Source: Candidatus Peregrinibacteria bacterium CG10_big_fil_rev_8_21_14_0_10_42_8 (GTDB lineage: Bacteria; Patescibacteriota; Gracilibacteria; Peribacterales; Peribacteraceae). Taken from it: a stretch of DNA of 40,079 bases. The DNA lies in the NCBI GenBank assembly GCA_002772815.1, contig PFDQ01000041.1, positions 1-40,079 on the forward strand, read 5' to 3'. Below the pieces are notes generated by a model. That model saw nothing but the letters and a program-made list of their open reading frames with translations. It searched no databases and had not been told where the DNA came from. The position numbers were made by a program, and so were the translations under genes. Shown here in pieces: positions 35,139 through 40,079 of this stretch. Numbering within the stretch: the first letter of the stretch is position 1; the number at the start of each line of letters is the position of its first letter.

Positions 35139-36293
35139 ATGATAGAAACACTTCTCGCACTCACACTAATCGGAATTTGCTTTATCGGCTTCATGCAATG
35201 GAAATCTCAAACTGATGGAGATCCTCGCTTGAAAGCAGAAGTTGAACGAAAAAACCAAGAGATTGGCGAGCTAAAGAACCAACTCATTGAATCAAAATCA
35301 GAAAAAGATAAGCTTTCAGGCCAAGGAAAAGAACTTTATGACAGATATAAAAGCTTAGAATCAGACCTCAAAGTCGTCATGAAAGAACGAGACTCCTCTA
35401 CTGCGCGAAATACGAAATACGAAACGCAAGAAGAGCAAAAGCAAATGAAGCACGAAGAAATGGTGTCAAAACTTGAAGAAGCAAAAGTAACCCTCGAAGA
35501 CGAACGCATGCGTATTCGCAGAGAAGATGAAGAACGTCAACAAAAAGCACTTGAAGAACGAGACCGCATGTGGGCAGAGCATGAGATTACGGTAAACGCT
35601 CTCCTTGGAGACCTCGTGAAGAAGCCTCAGTACAGCTTCACAGGATACGACAATACCAACCTTCCAGAAGGTTTTGATGGAAGTCTAAAGCCAGACTTTA
35701 TGATTGGATTCCTTGAACAATATGTCATCTTCGACTCAAAAGTATCGAAGTCACAAGATCTTCAAAATTACATTTCAGATGCAGTGAAGAAAACTGCAAA
35801 AAAAGTAAAAGGAAATGATGCAATCTACTCCACTATCTTCCTTGTTGTGCCAACAGATGCTGTCGCCACATTAAAGAAGCTCTCATTCTACGAAGAAGGT
35901 TTCACATTCTACGTTGTCTCTCCAGAAAGCTTGGAACCGATTCTTGCTTCTCTAAAGAGAATCGAGACATACGAATTTGCACAAGAGATGGACCCTCAGG
36001 AACGAGAAAACATTATTGATATGATCGCTCAATTTGATTTCCATATCTCTACCAGAAACGCAGTAGACTTCCACTTGCTAGAGCATGGTATCGAAACTCT
36101 CAACAAACTACGGTCAACAAATTCTGAATTTACAAAAGAAGTAATGATCAAAAGACAAAAGATTCGAAACGTGAACCTCAACACTGCAGATGTAAAACAA
36201 ATGACATCTGATCCTGAAGTTGTTCATCAAAAACTTATTGAGCTTACAAATCCGAAAGCAAAGTTAGCTGCGCAGGACAGAAAAATTGGATAA
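35139..36293 (+). CDS. rmuC: RmuC-like protein (TM, coiled coil, PD-(D/E)xK nuclease-like domain)
   Basis: N-terminal TM, long coiled coil, LKPDFMI..VIFDSK, FLVVP, VVSPESL; start chosen after TGnTACAAT (35120-28). Confidence 0.75.
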   Translation: MIETLLALTLIGICFIGFMQWKSQTDGDPRLKAEVERKNQEIGELKNQLIESKSEKDKLSGQGKELYDRYKSLESDLKVVMKERDSSTARNTKYETQEEQKQMKHEEMVSKLEEAKVTLEDERMRIRREDEERQQKALEERDRMWAEHEITVNALLGDLVKKPQYSFTGYDNTNLPEGFDGSLKPDFMIGFLEQYVIFDSKVSKSQDLQNYISDAVKKTAKKVKGNDAIYSTIFLVVPTDAVATLKKLSFYEEGFTFYVVSPESLEPILASLKRIETYEFAQEMDPQERENIIDMIAQFDFHISTRNAVDFHLLEHGIETLNKLRSTNSEFTKEVMIKRQKIRNVNLNTADVKQMTSDPEVVHQKLIELTNPKAKLAAQDRKIG

Positions 36294-36304
36294 GATAGCT
36301 CCCC

Positions 36305-38569
36305 ATGTCTACAAAGCAAGAGATCATTACGGCGAACTTAAATGACCCGCAAAAAGCCGCTGTTCTCCATGGAGATGGGCCACTACTCATTCTTGCAGGT
36401 GCAGGTAGCGGAAAGACAAAAGCACTCACCCATCGTATTGCAAAGCTTATCGCTGAGGGTGTTCCACCTTGGCAGATCTTGTCTGTGACGTTTACAAACA
36501 AAGCAGCTCTAGAGATGAAAGAGCGTATTGAGAAACTCCTAGAAGTAACCGAAGGAAGTGGTCTCAATAACCAATGGGAAACAACCACCGGAACAATGCC
36601 AACGATGGGAACGTTCCACAGTATCTGCGCACGTATCTTACGGCGAGATATTGATAAGATTGGCCGAGACCGTAGCTACGTTATTTACGACACAGACGAC
36701 CAGCAACGCCTCATGAAAATGATCCTTAAAGAAATGGGATTGGAAGATGAAGACCTCAAGCCAAAAGCAGCACTTGGCTACATCAGTCGTTTTAAAAGCG
36801 AAGCACTTACACCAAAGCAAGCCGAGTCTGAGGCTTCAACTGCTCGCATGCAGCACGTTGTAAGCGCATATAAGAAATATCAAAAAGCACTCTTTGAGGC
36901 AAATGCACTAGACTTCGATGATATCCTACTCGAAACCGTTCGGCTCTTTACAGAAGTTCCAGCAGTACTCGAAAAATACCAGAACACATGGAAGTACTTA
37001 CACGTTGATGAGTATCAAGATACAAACCACGTGCAGTATCTTTTCATTACATTGCTTGCAAAGAAATATGGAAACCTTTGTGTTATTGGAGACCCAGACC
37101 AATCTATCTATGCATTCCGTGGAGCAGATATTCGAAATATTCTTGAATTTGAAAAAGAGTACAAAGAAGCAGCACACATCAAGCTTGAACAAAACTACCG
37201 CTCTACCCAAGTCATCCTTGATGCTGCTGACTGTATTATTTCAGTAAACCCTGGACGACCAGAAAAGAAAATGTGGTCAGAGAAAAAAGAAGGCCCAAAA
37301 GTCATTATCCAAGAAGTGGCAGATGAAAAAAAAGAGGCTATGGAAGCAATACGTGCAGTGGAAAACATCCAAGGGAAAGGTGTGAAGCTGAGCGACCAAG
37401 TAATCCTCTACCGTACCAATGCGCAGTCGCGCCTATTTGAAGAAGCATGCCTAAGGCGAGCAATCCCCTACCGTATTGTTGGTGGAATGAAATTCTACGC
37501 ACGACGCGAAGTAAAAGACATGCTTGGGTACTTGCACGCAATCTTAAACCCAAACGATAGCGTCGCACTGCTTCGCATTATTAATGTTCCATCACGAAAG
37601 ATTGGACTTACCACTCTTGGAAGATTGCAGGCATACAGTACGGACAATAACATCTCTTTATGGGATGCTATCCAGCAAATCGATTTTATTCCAGACATTA
37701 ATGCACCTACAAAGGAACGCATTGCAAAATTTGCAGACCTCATTTTGAAGTACCAAGAGAAAGCAAAGACAGAAGTCGTGTCAGAGCTCATGGGGCACCT
37801 TATGCATGCGATAGACATCGAGCATTGGTTACGAGATGGCAGCGAAGAAGGAGAAGCCAGATGGGAAAACGTACAGGAACTTAAAAGCGTCATGCACAAA
37901 TATGACGGACTAGAGCCAATATCGAGCCTTACAAGCTTCCTCGAAGAAGTCGCACTTGTTTCTGAAGTTGATAAACTCCAAGACGACAGTGACGCACTAA
38001 CCCTTATGACCCTTCATCTCTGCAAAGGACTGGAATTTAAACACGTTGTTATTGCAGGCTGTGAAGAAGGAATCTTCCCACATGCAAACTGCGCATTCGA
38101 CAGAGAGCAGTTAGAAGAAGAGCGTCGCATTATGTACGTTGGCATGACACGAGCACGAACATATCTACAACTGATGCATGCAAATTCTCGTATGCTCTGG
38201 GGTCAGACACAGGCAAATGTTCCTAGTCGGTTCCTGGAAGACATCCCTGAAAGCTGCGTAGAAAGGCGAACAGATAATGTTTTAAGTGCATTCGCACATG
38301 CTAGCCAAAGAGGTGCCGACGCCATTGGTACAGGTACCCATCAAAGCAGGCACAGTGATAACCTCAAAGTGGAATTCAACCAAGATATCGATTACTCAAA
38401 TGATGGCTTTAACCAAGAGGCAGAACTGACAGTTGGGTGCCGTGTATCACATAAAACATTTGGCAACGGAACAGTGAAATCCCTCCGTGGAGACCTTGTC
38501 GAAATCTCTTTTGATAATGGACAACTAAAGACACTTGCGATGAGCATCGCACCACTTCGTCTTATCTAG
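36305..38569 (+). CDS. pcrA: ATP-dependent DNA helicase PcrA/UvrD
   Basis: AGAGSGKT, TFTNKAA, VDEYQDTN, GDPDQSIYAFRGA, QNYRS, KGLEF, EERRIMYVGMTRA, C-terminal Tudor-like VSHKTFGNG. Confidence 0.96.
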   Translation: MSTKQEIITANLNDPQKAAVLHGDGPLLILAGAGSGKTKALTHRIAKLIAEGVPPWQILSVTFTNKAALEMKERIEKLLEVTEGSGLNNQWETTTGTMPTMGTFHSICARILRRDIDKIGRDRSYVIYDTDDQQRLMKMILKEMGLEDEDLKPKAALGYISRFKSEALTPKQAESEASTARMQHVVSAYKKYQKALFEANALDFDDILLETVRLFTEVPAVLEKYQNTWKYLHVDEYQDTNHVQYLFITLLAKKYGNLCVIGDPDQSIYAFRGADIRNILEFEKEYKEAAHIKLEQNYRSTQVILDAADCIISVNPGRPEKKMWSEKKEGPKVIIQEVADEKKEAMEAIRAVENIQGKGVKLSDQVILYRTNAQSRLFEEACLRRAIPYRIVGGMKFYARREVKDMLGYLHAILNPNDSVALLRIINVPSRKIGLTTLGRLQAYSTDNNISLWDAIQQIDFIPDINAPTKERIAKFADLILKYQEKAKTEVVSELMGHLMHAIDIEHWLRDGSEEGEARWENVQELKSVMHKYDGLEPISSLTSFLEEVALVSEVDKLQDDSDALTLMTLHLCKGLEFKHVVIAGCEEGIFPHANCAFDREQLEEERRIMYVGMTRARTYLQLMHANSRMLWGQTQANVPSRFLEDIPESCVERRTDNVLSAFAHASQRGADAIGTGTHQSRHSDNLKVEFNQDIDYSNDGFNQEAELTVGCRVSHKTFGNGTVKSLRGDLVEISFDNGQLKTLAMSIAPLRLI

Positions 38570-40079
38570 AGTAGTACGTACCTCGTGCAATAGGAGTGGC
38601 ATTCATATCTATCCATGTGAATGTTGTCACGCCATCAGACCACGAAATTGACCCTGCACTACTAATAGTTCCTGGGTCGTTAATAGTAAGTCTCAATGCT
38701 GCCTTTTGTGAGGCCTCTGGCACAGATACATCTGCAAAAAGACGGAGTGTCCGTGGACCATCATCCAAACGACCGAAGCTATCTGGTAGACCACTACACG
38801 TAAGCTGATCACCCGAAACACTACACGCTAAGCGCTCCGTACTACCATCCACCTTCATACCAACATTTGAAATCGTCACATTACCAAGCTGTTCTATCTG
38901 AAACACAATAGACATGAGCTTTACCTGCGCAGCACTATGGCCAGTAACACCCTCAAAAGAAAACGCTCCGATCTCTGTATCATTTGAACTAAAGAGCACG
39001 TCATTTGCGACTCCTGCATTACGAATACTGGTAATACCAGACTGTGCAACGGTCGAAGCTGCAAATACATCGGTACTACTCGTAAACACCTGATAATCAT
39101 TAGAGCTCCAAAAACCAACTCCTTCGATACCCATTTGGTCTATCTGTAACGATCCACCACTGATGCCCCCTGCATCCTGATCTTTCAAAACTGCACGAAT
39201 ATAAATGCTGTACGGCTCACGGCGCTCAAGAATGATATCTTTATTTTTCACATTGATCGAATACCGCGTATTTCCAGAAACAGAAGCATCAACAGAAGCG
39301 CGTCCAATCAAAGCACCATCATGGTCGTACACATTAAGAACGCTAATAGAAGAATTCGCAGCAACAAGATCAATGATAAATTTATGTGCAATAATCCCCT
39401 CTGCATTTGGGAAAAATTCTGCAGCGCCAAGAACATGCGTTACCTTTCCAAGGATAAGAACGGAGTCGTTACTCGTCACGTCATGAATAAAAGGATCGTA
39501 TGCGATAGAAGAATAGGAAGACTGCGAAGACTGCGAAGACTGCGAAGAAGATGAAGGTGGATCAAAGACGACGCGGACAGGAATATCTGGGTGAGCTTCT
39601 GCATAACGAAGATCTTCAAGTTCACCTTTAGAATGCGCCAAAAACGCAACAACCAATCGTGCCATTTGCCCGCGTGTTAATGCAGAACCTGGAGAAGAAT
39701 CATCTAAATCTAAACCCATAGACTGCACTGTGCTTGTGTATTTTTCATACCACTGCCCATCGACTGACTGTAATGGGATATCATAAATATTCGACAGAAT
39801 CTTTACTGCTTCTTCATATTTTACAGATCGTACTGGCTGAAATTCCCACAAGTTAGAATCGACATTGGCAATGGCATTACCACTCACAATGCCAAGCGAC
39901 TTTGCCCTGCATACTGATTCTGCAAACCAAATATTAGGATCGACATCAGGGAAACATCGTGTATCCCCAACAGTTGTAAGAGAAGGTAAAAGCCCCATCG
40001 CAATCTTCATAAATTCTGCTCTATTAATTGGAGTACTCGACTTAAACGTTCCATCAGGATTTCCTTTTACAATACCAAG
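38562..40079 (-). CDS. S-layer homology (SLH) domain protein (5' end outside the window)
   Basis: Frame is open to the edge: LGIVKGNPDGTFKSSTPINRAEFMKI, FPDVDPNIWFA..GIVSG, LTRGQMA; Ser-rich linker then beta-rich domains. Confidence 0.9.
   Translation of the reverse strand, partial: LGIVKGNPDGTFKSSTPINRAEFMKIAMGLLPSLTTVGDTRCFPDVDPNIWFAESVCRAKSLGIVSGNAIANVDSNLWEFQPVRSVKYEEAVKILSNIYDIPLQSVDGQWYEKYTSTVQSMGLDLDDSSPGSALTRGQMARLVVAFLAHSKGELEDLRYAEAHPDIPVRVVFDPPSSSSQSSQSSQSSYSSIAYDPFIHDVTSNDSVLILGKVTHVLGAAEFFPNAEGIIAHKFIIDLVAANSSISVLNVYDHDGALIGRASVDASVSGNTRYSINVKNKDIILERREPYSIYIRAVLKDQDAGGISGGSLQIDQMGIEGVGFWSSNDYQVFTSSTDVFAASTVAQSGITSIRNAGVANDVLFSSNDTEIGAFSFEGVTGHSAAQVKLMSIVFQIEQLGNVTISNVGMKVDGSTERLACSVSGDQLTCSGLPDSFGRLDDGPRTLRLFADVSVPEASQKAALRLTINDPGTISSAGSISWSDGVTTFTWIDMNATPIARGTYYSR
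39517..39548. repeat. 9-bp tandem repeat (GAAGACTGC x3.5) coding the Ser/Gln linker
   Basis: GAAGACTGC GAAGACTGC GAAGACTGC GAAGA; translates as SSQSSQSSQSS. Confidence 0.85.

Noticed and set aside
34970-35194. N-terminal extension of S15 in the ORF track (similarly tig from 9526, and ORFs starting 4798, 18130, 19736, 21870, 31305, 35073)
   Set aside because: These extensions overlap neighbouring genes, promoters or terminators; downstream ATGs fit family length or promoter position.
39517-39548. Tandem repeat as a phase-variation switch
   Set aside because: The unit is 9 bp, so copy changes keep the frame; it only tunes a Ser-rich linker.
1856-39554. Numerous 60-177 aa ORFs antisense to or nested in long genes
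   Set aside because: Shadow ORFs of well-supported genes, with no motifs or expression signals.

Overview
Gene-dense bacterial chromosomal segment (roughly 40-45% GC by eye, standard code with TGA as stop). Gene content and style suggest a Patescibacteria/CPR organism, probably Peregrinibacteria/Peribacteria-like; this is inference from the SLH protein, a CPR-type conserved protein and the scarcity of Shine-Dalgarno sites. Housekeeping genes: tRNA-Cys, secF, tig, rel, dtd, rplJ-rplL with an L10 leader, valS, rpsO-pnp, rmuC-like, pcrA, plus LCP, MFS, PfkB kinase, D-2-hydroxyacid dehydrogenase, a K+ channel and surface proteins. No CRISPR, integrase, transposase or prophage was seen. Most notable observations: (1) a ~400-nt GC-rich, multi-hairpin minus-strand unit at 6836-7234 with its own near-consensus promoter and terminator and no credible ORF (candidate undescribed ncRNA); (2) a 1106-aa orphan with polymorphic-toxin/effector-like layout ending in a HopA1-like lyase-type domain; (3) a long RSH with a degenerate hydrolase motif and no ACT domain; (4) a lexA/umuD-like plus Y-family polymerase cassette with two visible operators; (5) four different short palindromic elements, two of them in frame inside genes; (6) many leaderless or short-leader promoters. 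All family calls come from motif recognition by eye; no searches were run.
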